Assembly: GCA_004764695.1 (NCBI GenBank)
Contig: SMSO01000007.1
Coordinates: forward strand, 2,301,270-2,365,269
DNA length: 64,000 nt
Origin: Schizochytrium sp. TIO01
Taxonomy: Eukaryota > Protista > Bigyra: Labyrinthulomycetes
Reading direction: 5' to 3'
Part shown: positions 24,039 through 37,700 of the stretch, piece after piece
Layout: each line of letters starts with the position of its first letter
Numbering within the stretch: position 1 is the stretch's first letter
Notes under the pieces: generated by a model
What the model saw: only the letters and a program-made list of their open reading frames with translations
Database searches by the model: none
Told to the model about the DNA's origin: nothing
Program-made: the position numbers and the translations under genes

Positions 24039-26285
24039 ACCTGGAGGTCAAGGTTTTGTTCTATACCACGGTCCGACTCGGCTTTTCTTTATTTTGTTGG
24101 AGTACAATGTTCGTTCTCGCCACGAGCAAGAGCTTGCTGCTGTAGTACTAGGTACCGTGTCATTCAAATTCTCAAATATGGAAATGTTTTTAATTGCAAA
24201 AATTACAAGAATCAATCAATCAATTTTCTTTGAATTAAAGAAGGCCGCGAGGAAAGGTAATCGACTCGTTGAGCGCAAAACGATCCTAGACCTATGCTAG
24301 CCATGCAGAGTCACATTGATCAGAAGATAACCTCAGAGCGAAGGTACACGTTCTGGGAGGAAGTGAGATTCCTCATTAGCATTACAAGAATGCCAATAGG
24401 CGTAAACAGAGTTAACATTCATTGATTTTCATTATAGGAAGGAACATGCCAAGAAACACGGGACTGTAGTATGATTGATTTGTAATGAAAAAGTATCCGG
24501 CCAGCCGCAATTATGGTTTTTTAAAGGTAGTAGCAGTAGTAGCAGAGTTAAACTTGCCCCACACATCTGCAAAAGACATGTATAACGGCGATGTTAACAA
24601 GGGTAAACGTCTTTTATGAACCATGCTTGTGTAGTATGCCACCCTAAAACCAGTCAGAGAGGCTTTGCAAAATCACCTGGAATACTCAGGGCTCCACATC
24701 GATAAAGTCATAGGTATACCTCTTAACCTCTTTAAATGTTACTTACACATGTTAGGGAGAACCGACACATTCCTGTCTTTCTTCATACCTATATTACCTA
24801 TCACAATCACGATCCAAGACAATGACCATTATCCATTTGGAGTGGGGAATCAGGTAGACCACCTCTTCTATAAGCGCGTTGCCACCAAATCCCTCGCTCG
24901 AACCAGGTACCTCTGTCTCATTCAACAATAAATTCAAAAAGAATGTGGAATCCATCAAAATTCGCAATCGTACCTCTATGTGGGTCCGCGCCTTGTTTGA
25001 TTGGGTCAAAGTGACTATCTCCATTTCGTCAACTTCTACTCTCTTCAATACCACCTACCACTTGAGAGAGAGAAGCGCTTCTCTGTTAGAGCATCCGCGC
25101 TGGCCACATTAGCTACCTTATGTAGTCCTATATTGTTGCTTTACTTTGTTATCTTTTTCTCTTCTTTTTTTTTTTTTCTCAGGTTTGGCGAGGGGGGCGG
25201 CTTTCTTTTAGCGGATAATTCTCGAGGGCTATCACAGATTTCACAAGTATTTTGAACGTCTGTAATTTAGTACCTTTGCCGGCTCGTTATAGTAGCAGGA
25301 TCTTGTTAAGCAAGAGCACATCTTCTTCTTCGCTGCAGAGTCAGGTGTTATCGTAGTGCTTCGCAGTTGCATTCGTGAGTAAAAGCACCAGCTGACGATG
25401 CGTTGAATAAAAGCCCAAGTTCGCTATCCTTCTACATGGCATTACCATGGTTTGAGTGGAGTAGGAACCTTGACATTCTACGCGCATGTTTCGCCAGAAT
25501 CGTCTTAGTTGCATAGGCTGTGTTGGTTGGTTCTAGGTAGAGAGAAAGAATTATCATCTAAAGTATCACAAGTCTTTTCGACGAAGAGACGGCTTTACAG
25601 ACGAAGGTTGATTGTGGAGTCCTTGCAGTAACTTGAAAATATATTACCTCTGCATAGGATTTGTTTGTGCCGAGTATTTTGTAACTCGTAATAACTATGG
25701 AAATGGCCAAGAAGTTTCTAGGGTCGCAGCTTACCTAGTGTTCTAGTGCTTATGATGCTTCGATTCGCAAGTTTTGAAGAGAGAACCGAAAATCAGAATG
25801 TGATGTTTATTGACAGCGTACTTCAGGTATATTTCCAAATATGGGAACGGATTATAGACTTATCGCCTGGCCCAATGCTCCTCTCTCTGGTTTTAGGTGC
25901 AGAGTACCCGGCAAAGAACGATTCAAAAAAAATAGTGCACATGTGTTTTGTGCATGTGTATGCTGAAATGAGTAGTCAGCCTTACTGCAAACGTGCAAGC
26001 ACTTGACTGTGGTTAGTTATCATAGGGGTTAAGAGAACAACCTTCTTTACAAGAGGGCCCTAATTAATCCTTCTACGAGGAGTCTCTAGGCACCAGATTT
26101 CAAAACACCGGATCGAGATTGCTAGCTCGACGCTGCTTTTCGCAAAAGCTGAAAAACCAGACGTCGACACGTCTTAACTCAGAAGGCGCTTTAAACTCGT
26201 AGAGTCATCCACATTGGAAGGTTGAATTTAAAATTTTGAGAAATTTGAATTTTGAATTCTGAAAAATCTCTAACCATAACTCTAA

Positions 26286-28373
26286 ATGGAGACAAAGAAG
26301 CGAGCTGCAAGAAGGATGCAACGCCACGACCATGAATTCAGAGAGTTGTCTCTAGGTCGAATGGCCAACCCACTCTCTGACCATTGTCGAGACACCTCCG
26401 AGTCAAACAATCGAATACCGAGGCCTGTAGAGGTCTCAAAGACCGCTTGTAAGAGGGTACAATACGACAAAATATCTAAGGTGCAAGGAACTTCACGACG
26501 CTACCAACAACAACAACAACGACAACAACAACAACAACAACAACAAAAACAAACTTCGGAACCCAAAATGACCAGTGCAGAAATGATACGTGTTCCAGTG
26601 CAGACAGAAGTATACAATTCTAGTACAGGGGTGGTAATGCAGCACCTGGAGCAAGCAGAGGTAAGTTCTCCAAATGAGCAATCGATTTTTTCATTTCCAA
26701 TACCACAAAAGTAACTTCATTTTCTCTGACATTTCATAAATTACGGATACTTTGGATTCAAAACTGCGCAGAAGATGATACTCGCGCAGGAACATCGAAT
26801 TCAAGGCCGCCGTGCCAAAGCAGAGGAATCTCGCCAACTAGCTGCGCGATACGAATCAGCATGCGATGAAGTTGCTCAGCGCTTGGACAAATTAAGCTTA
26901 GAATGCGGGGAAATGGAACAAATGCTTGTCTTTGTGCGCAAGAAGAGGTCAGAGTTTCCACCCATGTTAAATATGTGTCAAACCACATGTTACGAGCAAT
27001 GGGAAACACTTGAAATGAGACGAAATCGTGAATTAAAGCTTTCCCGAATCATCGAGATGGAAAGTATGACTTTGAGCCATTGGCGGAAGGCATTGCAATG
27101 TCGGAACCAAGACGTTGCGGAGATGCAAGAGACTTTGAAAGCAGACGATGTGCTTCGGGAACTGCATCGTGATCGCAGGAACAAACTTCTGGCAGAAAGG
27201 GCAGATTTGGAGAAAGATCATGAAGATCTACGAAAGGCAGCAGAGGAAGCTCAAGAGCTGGCTGCAAAGTCTGCGAAAGAAGCTCGTGTGAGAGAGCGTC
27301 AAAGCTATGTTAATGATATTCACCTCGAAGACCTTCGAGAGAAACTTGAAGACACTGAAAAACGTCAGTGCATATTGCAATCTGAATTAAAATCAAGACA
27401 AAATCGCGAGCACGGAAATGGGATTCGCAAAATGAAGATTCTTCGCAGAATTTGCCTCGCTACAATTACAGGAATTGGAATTAAGCATAAGCAACATATG
27501 GTACGAGTTTCAGTGCAGCAGAACAATTTACAAGTTGCCAAAAGAGCAGAGCAAGAAAAGTCTTATCAACGACACATCGCGTTGAATAACAAGCAGCAAA
27601 AAGTAACGCCAAAAGTTTCCGCAGCGCAGAAAGAAGAGTACCAATGTACAGTTTTTCATCGTGACACAATTCACGCAGAAAAGCAAGAAGGAGAATGCCA
27701 CATAGTTAAAGATATTACTATGAATTGCTTGCCGGGCACACCACGTGTCCATCTTGAAGATGCAAACAAGAAACAGGGCTATAAGGAGAGGAATGGGGGC
27801 AAACCTATGGAAGTACACCATTATCATCAAATAATTCATGATGGCAATGCTGAAGAGGAAATGGTGGACAAAATCGATACGTCATCCGACGTTGTCCCAG
27901 CAGGAAGCCAGCACACGCTCTTGAGTCCTCATCTTGCTGAAACTGTAGACTCAGCGACAGGAGCTATACGTTTGCGCAGAACTCACAAGCGGCTTCCATT
28001 GGAAGATCGCGAACTTTCACAGGCTTCAGATAACTTTGTCTGCTCATCACGGGGAAAAGCAAGTTCAGTGTTTGTGAGACGCCAACCCCACAGAGTATCT
28101 CGTTCTTTTAAGCGTCAAAGTAAGGCGTCTCGCCAAAAGTTCATCACTAAACGACAGCGTGAGATACGCCCAGCTACGCCGTCCGTGCTCACATCTTCAA
28201 ATGCCAATCAGCATTTGGACCTGTGTGGTGGACACCGATCTACATATTCAGCAGCTGATAATCTGCACATGTCAATCTCGAACAGAGCTCAGAAAGAAAC
28301 AACAGCTGAATCTTTTGATTTATTCGCAGACAGCGATGGTGATGGTGATGGAGACTACAGAAGCGATGAATAG
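26286..28373 (+). CDS. Hypothetical coiled-coil protein; probably two exons, 26286-26660 and 26772-28373
   Basis: A GAG|GTAAG donor at 26661 and a GCGCAG acceptor at 26771 join the two ORFs in phase 0. Contains a polyQ tract and a heptad-rich middle. Confidence 0.7.
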
Positions 28374-30359
28374 TGTCTCCTTATTCCTCTTTTCTATTCC
28401 ACTCTTTTACTTTTTTAAAGATCTTGTTATTCAATTGTATCACGAAAGACTTAAACCAAGTTCACCTTCATGTTCTCAAGCTCTAGTTGCAAAAGTATTC
28501 AGTCTGCATGTGACAGTTGCACGCTTTTGGTACTCTCACTAGTCTGGATATTCCTCTGGACAATCCTTTTCCGTATAGGCCCAAGCAAAGCACTCATGTG
28601 CGTGGATTCAATTTGAAAGTTGAGGATGATTGAGCAAAGTTATTCTTTATGTTTCCTGTAAGATGTATTGGTGGAAATCTTCTCAATCTAGGACACAATC
28701 GTAATTGTTACATTATTAGGTCCGTTAAATCATTTCCATAGGGCTCAGAAAATTCAAAACAGCATGAAAGCAAATGACCGTCCGATCTATGATTTTTTCT
28801 ATGATTCGGGCATTTACGTAAACAACTTCAAGGTAAGAGAGGGCACAATGGTGGCAAGAGGCGCACCGTTTCTGCCCTTGTGGGCCAATGAAAGCCTTTG
28901 TACCTTTGTATGGGTTGACACTTTTGCAGAATCACACTGGGATATGCCATGGTTACTCGTTGCACCTATCATGATTATTACCTGGGTCAGATTAGATCAT
29001 GATTTTCTATGCCTGCTTTAAACCCTGACTCGTTCAAACACATAGTACCAAGACCTGTGTCAATTAGAAAAGGACTACTAGGAGTTGCATCTGACTATTA
29101 TTTCTGGGCTTTCAGACCTTTCAATTTGTTGTTGTGTCACGAAAACAATCGGGAGGCTTCCCGATGAGGCGGAACAAAATATGTTGGGTTCTAATAGCTA
29201 GTTAGCATCTCATAGAACATGAACACGCTATTGGAAGTAAGCTCACCTTGTTGAATAAAAGGGCCGGGCTTGAATGCCGGAGAGCCACGTGCTTGCCCAT
29301 GACAATGAATAGGCAGACAGCTGTGACCTCTCTGATGAGTTTGCTGTTTCGGATTGAGTGTGGCCAAACAGGGCGAGTTTGATAACTTGTGATTAGGTAC
29401 CTACTGCCTACTAGTCATATTATCCTTAACCTTGTTCTTCGAATTTTCTAACTGAATATTAAAAATTGTTTATTAATTGAAACGGGCTTTTGATGTGATT
29501 TACTCCGGGCCGCTCTATTTTTTTATTTTTTTCATATTTGATTGGGCTGGGATAAGTGTTCAGAGTCATGGGTTAGTTTAAAATTTGGTCAGCTATGGAG
29601 GTTAGACATTTGGCAAAAAAAAAATCAATTGAATATTATTGATAGCCTTGAGAATTGGAGAAGCTAGTTTTTCGAGACTCAAAGCGAGCTGTTATAAGTC
29701 ACATGAGGCTGGTGTTGTACCAATGACAGATAATAGTTCCTACCCATCTAGCATCGTGGAAATGCCTTCCATTTTGTTATGCCTTCCATTATGTTTTTTG
29801 GCAAAACAGACAGAGAATTCCACAGCCTGAGGCTTCGAGGTCTTGCCGAGGCGAGTGCTTTGCTTCATGGTGCAACGCTTGGACCGTAACCGCTGCATGA
29901 ATCATTGCATAAGATTTTTAATTTTATCTGTTTGGGCAATCAGTCAGGCTGGGATAGATGTGGATATTTTCAAGTCAACGTTCTTTCCCCCTCTTTCAAT
30001 TTTTTCTTTACAGTGGTTTCATTCATTTAAAAAAGTCCCTTCTGACATCTGATATAGATTTAATTTGGCACACTTGAGGGCGCTTGTTTTTCACCTTCGC
30101 GCAACTGTCGCTACTCCTATCAATTTACTTTTACTTAGGTAAAAACCCAAAGAGCATGAGGCCTTCTTGCCAGCCTCCCCCTCCTTCTTCTAGAGCGACT
30201 GCAAAAATAATTAGGTAGGTATCTCTCTCTTTGGTCACTCAAAAGTAGTAAGTAGTATGTTTTTTTGTTCTTTAGCAAATACTCGTGGAGCTAAGTGCTA
30301 TCCCCGCAGGCGCTAGAACTAGTAAGCAAGCAATAGTAGTATTAATAGTATGAGTAATA

Positions 30360-30364
<5 letters not shown>

Positions 30365-30430
<66 letters not shown>
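30365..30430. repeat. (AGT)22 microsatellite
   Basis: Directly visible. Confidence 0.95.
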
Positions 30431-30761
30431 CAAACAAGTCAAACACTGAGTTGATGCGTCGCAAACACGCAGACAAAGGAGCTTAAAGTGATTCAACAAG
30501 AATGGCCATCATCAGCACATGCTTCATTATCAATTATTTCACAAACAACTGCAGGGCGGATGAGTAAATGAAGAAAAAAAGAGCTTCTTCTGGAGGGCTA
30601 GAGAACGAGCAGAATTTAAATGATATAACGATAGCCGGAATGATCGAAGTTTCAACTTACCTAGGTACTATGGCACTCATTTATATCATTTTTCTTACTC
30701 ATGCACTTTGAGTCTTTTATTAGGTGGTACCTATTTATCTTTTTCTTATTCTATGCCCTAA

Positions 30762-30823
30762 CTATTGAGACAAACCTATTGAGACAAACCTATCGAGACA
30801 AACAAACAAACAGACAAACAAAC
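30762..30823. repeat. 14-bp tandem repeat CTATTGAGACAAAC x3, followed by (AAAC)n
   Basis: Units start at 30762, 30776 and 30790 (one mismatch). Confidence 0.85.
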
Positions 30824-30999
30824 ATCTAACCTGCACGGAAAATAGGCAGCGCGCAAGCTTCGCCAAGGGAATTTAGTCTGAGGTAGGACGTGTGGGCGGC
30901 TGCTTTGCCACAAGCACGCGTTGGGCCAAGTTGGTTGTTGTTGGCGCCGTTGTTGTCGTCACTTAAGAAAGTGACTAGCACGAACAAGCCGAGCCCAAG

Positions 31000-32811
31000 A
31001 TGCGTGAAGCAGTGTTGACGAAAACCCTCCAAGCGCTTGCTCTCTTTGCATTTTCAAGCAGTGGCACCTTCTTGCCAAAGCTTCTCTTATGGCATGCAGA
31101 GCGCAAGGATCGACAAGCCAGAGAAAGGGCTGGGCTCGAATCCGAAAGTGCCAATCCCCACGCAGAAATTAAACTTGGTGAACTCGCTAGTGTTGGATTA
31201 TCTCTAGGAAATGCCCTAGCTGGTGGCATCATGTTGGCTACTGGTATGGCACACATCTTGGGAGATGCTATCAAAGTCTCAATTAGAACAAGTCCTGATG
31301 CTGCTACTGACGAGGATGCTATGGAGACCGCTATTTACCTGCCAATTGTCTATTGCCTTATCGGTATCCTCGTCCCTTTCTTCTTGGAAAAGAGCGGGCT
31401 GCTCATTTGGCTTTTACGTAGTGGGAGCTGCTTCAAGAGCCACTACATTTTCCTTCACCAAATCGGCTTAGTAAAGCTTGATATTCCAGATGAAGACTCT
31501 GAGGCTAAAACAGACCATGGTCATAGCCACGGCCATGGCCATAGCCATAGCCATAGCCAGGATCATGAAACAAATCACACCTTAGATAGTGCTCATATCA
31601 ACGGAAAGGGCGACCAACACACACAAAATCAAAACCGAACCATGAAAAATTCTGGTGACTTCACAGCTGACGAGACTACCCCATTAACAGGCGGAGTTCT
31701 AGGTCATAGTCCTGATGAGGATAGTGATTTATTTGGACACCTTGCAGAATACAATACTATGCGACCAAACTCAAACGCCCAGCAGCAAGCAACCGAGTTC
31801 TTTCATCATGGATATGGTCATGCACCACCTATCCCATTGTCCATGCTTGACCGTAGTCGGAGTTTTGGACATTATGGTGGCCGTGACCCAAGAAGTTTAG
31901 CCCCTGTAGCTCTCGTATCATTTCCTCAACAAGCTGCAGACGGGAATGGTGGAGTGGAAAATTGTCGTAGCAAATGTGTTGTTCCAGGTTTTACCTCACT
32001 CCGGCTACAGGGCCGCCTAGATATGTTCAAAGCTATGGGTAGTGCGCCAGGGCGTACTCTGGCGTACGCTCCGCTCATCTACGCACCAGAAGACGTTGCG
32101 TCTACCCCACCTTACATGCTTGAATCTGATTTAGGAAATAATGAACACAAACCAGTTTTAAGCCCCCGTAGCGTTAGCGAAATGCGCAAGCGGAGTATCG
32201 AAGAATCTTCGAACGGAGCATCTCGACAACATGGTACACGATTTAGTTTTGGAGCGCTCGATGATGAACAAAGTTCAACTGGAGCAGCGAATAACACAAT
32301 GCAGCGCCTGCGCCTGCAAACACATGATACAGAGCCCCATGAACACCCGGAGAAGCACAGCCATATGTTCTTTGCAACGTTTCTTATGTTTTTGGTTCTC
32401 TCAATTCACTCTCTTATTGTTGGTTTAACAATTGGTTCCATTTCTATTAGCGAGCTGCGTTCTCAGGAAAATGCATTTATCGCTGTCCTCATCCACAAGC
32501 TATTTGAATCACTCGCTTTGGGTGTTTCTTGTGCGCAGCATCCTATTACAACCGCAGTTAAGCTTGAGCTTGTTGCGTATAACCTTGCTGCGCCTCTTGG
32601 AATCATGCTGGGCATTATTGCGGAGAATTACGATATTTTGCAGGGTGACTCGGAGGTCATCATGCTTGGTGTAGCCTCAGGAAGTTTCATCTACATTGCT
32701 TTGGTGGAGGTCTTGGCCGAGGAATTTGAAGATGAGGAGTACCGAATTCTCAAGTTTGCCGCCTTCCTCACGGGTACTTCGCTCATGGCTTACCTTGCCC
32801 GTGTTGCGTGA
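31000..32811 (+). CDS. ZIP (SLC39/ZRT-IRT) metal transporter
   Basis: 'GNALAGGIMLATGMAHIL', His-rich loop HGHSHGHGHSHSHS, TM4 'SIHSLIVGL', TM5 'HKLFESLALG' and 'GSFIYIALVEVL'. Confidence 0.93.
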   Translation: MREAVLTKTLQALALFAFSSSGTFLPKLLLWHAERKDRQARERAGLESESANPHAEIKLGELASVGLSLGNALAGGIMLATGMAHILGDAIKVSIRTSPDAATDEDAMETAIYLPIVYCLIGILVPFFLEKSGLLIWLLRSGSCFKSHYIFLHQIGLVKLDIPDEDSEAKTDHGHSHGHGHSHSHSQDHETNHTLDSAHINGKGDQHTQNQNRTMKNSGDFTADETTPLTGGVLGHSPDEDSDLFGHLAEYNTMRPNSNAQQQATEFFHHGYGHAPPIPLSMLDRSRSFGHYGGRDPRSLAPVALVSFPQQAADGNGGVENCRSKCVVPGFTSLRLQGRLDMFKAMGSAPGRTLAYAPLIYAPEDVASTPPYMLESDLGNNEHKPVLSPRSVSEMRKRSIEESSNGASRQHGTRFSFGALDDEQSSTGAANNTMQRLRLQTHDTEPHEHPEKHSHMFFATFLMFLVLSIHSLIVGLTIGSISISELRSQENAFIAVLIHKLFESLALGVSCAQHPITTAVKLELVAYNLAAPLGIMLGIIAENYDILQGDSEVIMLGVASGSFIYIALVEVLAEEFEDEEYRILKFAAFLTGTSLMAYLARVA

Positions 32812-34720
32812 ACAGATGCATTGGTATAGCCCAGAGCCTCCGATTTGTTCGCGCTTGCTCAGAAATACGCAAGTAGAAATCTGAGACTATTTACACCATT
32901 GCCGATTTTTAAAATGTTATTTCCAGGATCTTTTCGCTCGTAATCACCCCGCTGTTTCTTCTACAGTCGGATGTGGAGGCTATTTTGCTCGGCATGTTTA
33001 GACAAACGAAAGAAGCCTTTGTGGCGTCAGAATTGAGAGAGCTCTTCGTCCTCGCCCATTTACTTTTTCCGAAGGAAAATAATGTTGTTTCTCCCTAGTC
33101 CTACGGTAATATGTGATAAGTTGACCCCAGATCCTCGATGGGGGTCAGGGTGGGTATCTTTCTACCATATAAATAATGATTATAATGTAAGAACCTGCCT
33201 TTTGAATCCTATTATTTCTTCAATACCCCCCTCAACGAGCGCCACCCAATTAAATTTTCCATTTTGACTAGGCGTGTATACTTTTAATTGAATTAAAAAA
33301 AATATTAAAAAAGCTCTACACCATGGAAATTGTGTACTATGTATCTTGACAATAGACAAAAATGCTTCACTAGGCATTACCTAGCAATTGTTTGACTGGA
33401 GTAAATGCTTGACACAACTGCTTCAAAGTATTATTACTAGATAAAGTATCTGGGGTTGGAATGTATCTAAATCCTTGCCAAAACTTTCTTTGTGCAGATC
33501 TCTTGGCCAGAAGCCCTTTCAACATTCTACAGAAAGCAAACTTGAACTCCCTTTTTTTGCTTTTATTTTGTCAGAAGACTGGTAGCCAAGTATAATGTCT
33601 CCCAAGTAGATGGAAAGTTTCAGTATATTGAATAATACTACTAGTATAGGTACTCATGTTTGTTCTCAATAGAGCTACTAGGCCAAGTAAGTACTGACCT
33701 CCGTAAACAACCTTATTCTCAGAACAGAAGAAGCACGAGCACTCCGAACACGCCTTTTCATCTGCATCTGTGCTTACATATCCCTGGGGGTCCGCATCAA
33801 CGTACTTGTTTACTAAGCACTTTCGTTCTTTTCATTCCTTTAGTAGCTTTTTTCTATGCTTCTGTAATACGAAATTTTCTATCGCTGATAGCCAATCACC
33901 TCCTTCTTTCATTCGATAGTTTTTAAAGGTCGGTAATCCTATCTATAACAGTACTCTATTAAAACTTCATAATGTATGAAACTAGAAAATGAGATAGCAT
34001 ACAGTCTACGTACTATAACATATTCGTAAAGTTGTAATGACTTAATGGATAAGTTGAACTTGAAGACCCTTCCTGTGTTCACCCTTCTCTCCAGATACAG
34101 CAATTGGGTTCGCCTTACTTTGATTGCATCACTTTGGTTACAAGCACCCACATCGGAAATGCAGAATCATGAATCCTTATACCTAGTATGTAGATTTGCT
34201 ATAAACATGCTACGCACTAAGTCAGATTAACCCACTACTGCTCATCACACTACTACTACTGGGATGTGACTTTTCTATAAATTGAAAACTTGTTCGACAC
34301 ATGAGATGCATACTAGAGTATTAATAGGTACCTACTAAGCAAATCGGAGCGCGGTGGTAGAGAGATGAATTACCTACTACCTATTTACTGCACTACCCAT
34401 GTATTACCCGGACTCTTCTTTAAACAGAACAAAAGGACTGCACATTGGTTGACGAATTTGACTGACTGTATATAACGATCAAAGAGTTAAAGAGACAAAA
34501 GGCTAAGAAACTAGTCCTTGCTTCCTCGTTCTGCCTCAGCGCCCGCGTATTCTTCTTATTTCTTCTTGAAACTCGCTAGTGGTTTGTGTCTTCTCTGTTT
34601 TCTCTGTTTTCTTGTTTATTGTTTCTCACTCTAGTATATTTGCAGTTGTTTTTAAAATTATTTCTGCCCTTCGTTCATTCAGTCTTTCTTCTCTCGTGTC
34701 TGGTTGGTGAGGAACTGGCC

Positions 34721-37700
34721 ATGATTAGGTCTAGTCGGAGCGCGGCCTCTCGGTGGCGTGGCCTGCTCAGGCCTCGCACTAGCGTAGTCTATGGCTCTTT
34801 GCGTAGTAGCGACGGTGCTCTCTGTGCTGATCTGGCTTGCTTTCGGACTCTCGGAGGCAGCAATGGCGCCCTCGAGAACACGTCTTTCGCTGCTCGTGCT
34901 GTTGCCACAGAGACTTCGAGCGCTCACCCCAAAGAGACTTCTTCATCTTCTGCCTCTGCCTCTGACTCTGACTCTGCCTCTGCCTCGCCAGCCTCGCCAG
35001 CCTCTACCACTGCCCACAACAACAGCATCATTGACAAGAATAACACCAACAGCAGTGACTTGAGCTCTGGTATTTCATCACCTCAGTTCACCTCGAATGA
35101 GGTTCATATTACTTCTTCTGCTACTGCCGATGTGACCAATGGGAACTTAAATGCCTCTCCTGTCAAGAGCTATCCGGATCTATCTGATTTTGCCCCAGAC
35201 ATGTCTCTTAGGAGAGCTCGTCTTCCCGGTGGAATTGAGGCCAAAGGCGCTATGCTCGAAGTCCTCCACCCTGGATCCCCATCGCCCATGCAAGCTGTGC
35301 GTCGTGAAGATGATACGATTGCTCGCCTTCGGGGCCCGTATTTGCAAGAACTGGTCAAGCTGCAACAGCGCGTCGAGAGGGAGCGCCGTGTGGAGGGTGC
35401 TATGATCACACGGTCTTCACTACTGACTACGCGTTCTTCAAGCATCGCTGAAGCAAGCGAAGAACCTCTCAAAGATCGACCTTCACCTGGAAAAATCTAT
35501 ATCGATCCCATGACTAAGCTTGCAACGTATGGCAAGAATCAGGAAGAGGCAGAGGCCTTTTCCACCAATATCACAGAGCACTCTCTCAAAAGCATGAATG
35601 AGCACTTCCTCGCGTGGTTCAAGTCCCTCTCGGATGAAATTACCCGCGAGCAAGAACGCATGCGCAGCGGAGTCTCTTCTGTCAAGACGAACTTTCGGAA
35701 CCGCAGCTTGGCCATGCTTATGCTCCTTCCAGCAGACCTGCTTGCAATTCTCGCCATTCAGGAGATGATGCACTTTGTCAATGCACAACCACAAGGTGCT
35801 ACTTTTGTAAATTTGACCATGCGCATGGGTCGCGCGGTAATGAATGAGATCAACGTAATCAAGGGGTCCGGGGAAGTTGACTCGTGGGCAGAACTACAGC
35901 AACGGGTTGATCATGATGAAGGCAAGCTGGACGTACTCAATGAATACATGTATTCTATGGTGCGTCAGCCGTCTTGGGATACCGCAACAACAGCACAAGT
36001 TGGTGCTGTACTAATTGATATGCTGTGCCGCTGTGCTTTTCTGCAAATGACAACTGACTCACGCATGCGCCCAGATGGCACCATGTCTTCAGTCAATCGC
36101 ATCCCTGCGTTTTACCACACCTCAGCGGTACAGGCTGCCAAATCCGTAGGTGTGGTGGTTGCTCACCACGCAATTCTAGCCAAGCTCCTGCAGTCTCAGG
36201 ATATCAATGACTTTCTCAGCGTCAACCAACCACTCACCCGCCCGATGGCGTGCCCCCCTCGGCCTTGGACTACCCCTTTCGATGGTGGCTTCTTGACCCA
36301 ACGCTTCCCTCTTCTTCGTGTTGTGCGCGGTGGAAAGGAACAACTTAAGCTTCTTCGCATGGCAGATTCTAAGTCTTGTGAGGGTCTGTACGCTGGTCTC
36401 AATGCTCTTGGCAATGTAGCTTGGACTGTGAACAAACCACTCTTTGAAGTTGCGAAAAAGGTACTGGAAATGGATATTACTTTTACCGGCCGTCCATCCG
36501 TGCAGGATGATCGATACGTGGAAATGGAGCACGCGATTCAGAGTGCAGAATTGGAGTACAACCTTCAAGTAAAGCAACAACAGACCGTCTCTGATCGCCG
36601 GACAATTTTTGCTAGATTGCAAAAACTTAAGCGCACCAAACAGGAGTACATGTCTAAGAACATGGATTATAAGAGCAAACTGAGCCTTGCACAGTTTGTA
36701 TCCGACTTTGAGCAATTCTGGTTCCCTTACTCACTCGATTTCCGCGGGCGTGCGTATCCAATTCCGCCTGTGAGCCACATGGGTGATGATCTTGCGCGTT
36801 CTCTCCTGGTGTTTAAGGATCGACGCCCGCTGGGTAAGCGTGGAATGTATTGGCTCAAAGTCCACTTGGCTAATCAGATGGGACAAGATAAAGCATCTTT
36901 CGACGAGCGCGTGGCCTGGGTTGATGAACACTTGGACGAGCTTCTTGACTCTGCTGCTGAACCCTTCGACCCTGTGGACCCTAAGCACACACCAAAGATG
37001 TGGGCAACTGCAGAAAATTGCTGGCAAGCCTTAGCAACTTGCATGGAACTCAAGCGCGCAGTTGATAGTGGCAATCCTGAGGAGTACCTCTCTAATATGC
37101 CCGTGCATCAGGATGGCTCTTGTAATGGTCTGCAGCACTATGCCGCGCTTGGTCGCGATCGCAAGGGTGGTGAGGAGGTAAACCTGGTGGCTCGCTCGCG
37201 CCCTGGTGATGTCTACACTACCGTTGCTAAAACTGTGCGGAAGAACATCATGGAAATGTCAAAGGCAGATGATGCCCAAGGTAAAATTTGCAAAAAGTTG
37301 AATGGTCAGATTAGTCGTAAGGTCGTGAAACAGACTGTTATGACCTCTGTGTATGGCGTGACATACATTGGTGCTCGTGATCAGATTCTCCGCCAGCTGG
37401 AGACGGTTAACGACCGCAACAAGGAGATGCGTTTCAATGGCGATGAGGGATACGGTGAGATCTTCGAGACTGATGATGAACTGAACGAGGCCGCTGGTTT
37501 GCTTGCCAAGGTTGTCCTGGATGCTATCGGAGATACCTTCCAGTCTGCACGTGATGTAAAGGAATGGTTCAAGAAGCTCGGTAAGGTTGCTACGGATGCT
37601 GGTGATCCCATTTCCTGGATCACTCCGCTTGGTCTTCCCGTTGTGCAGCCGTACCGTGTAAAGCATAAGTCTCAAATTAGAACTGTTATGCAGCAAGTTG

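Noticed and set aside
28764-29021. Short protein-like ORFs in intergenic DNA (also 12656-12892 and 24794-25054)
   Set aside because: They may be pseudogene fragments, but no family could be supported by eye.
34586-34720. N-terminal extensions given by the ORF track (also for the ORFs extending to 11123, 22352 and 63259)
   Set aside because: They rely on GTG/TTG starts. In a eukaryote the first in-frame ATG, or a spliced upstream exon, is more plausible.
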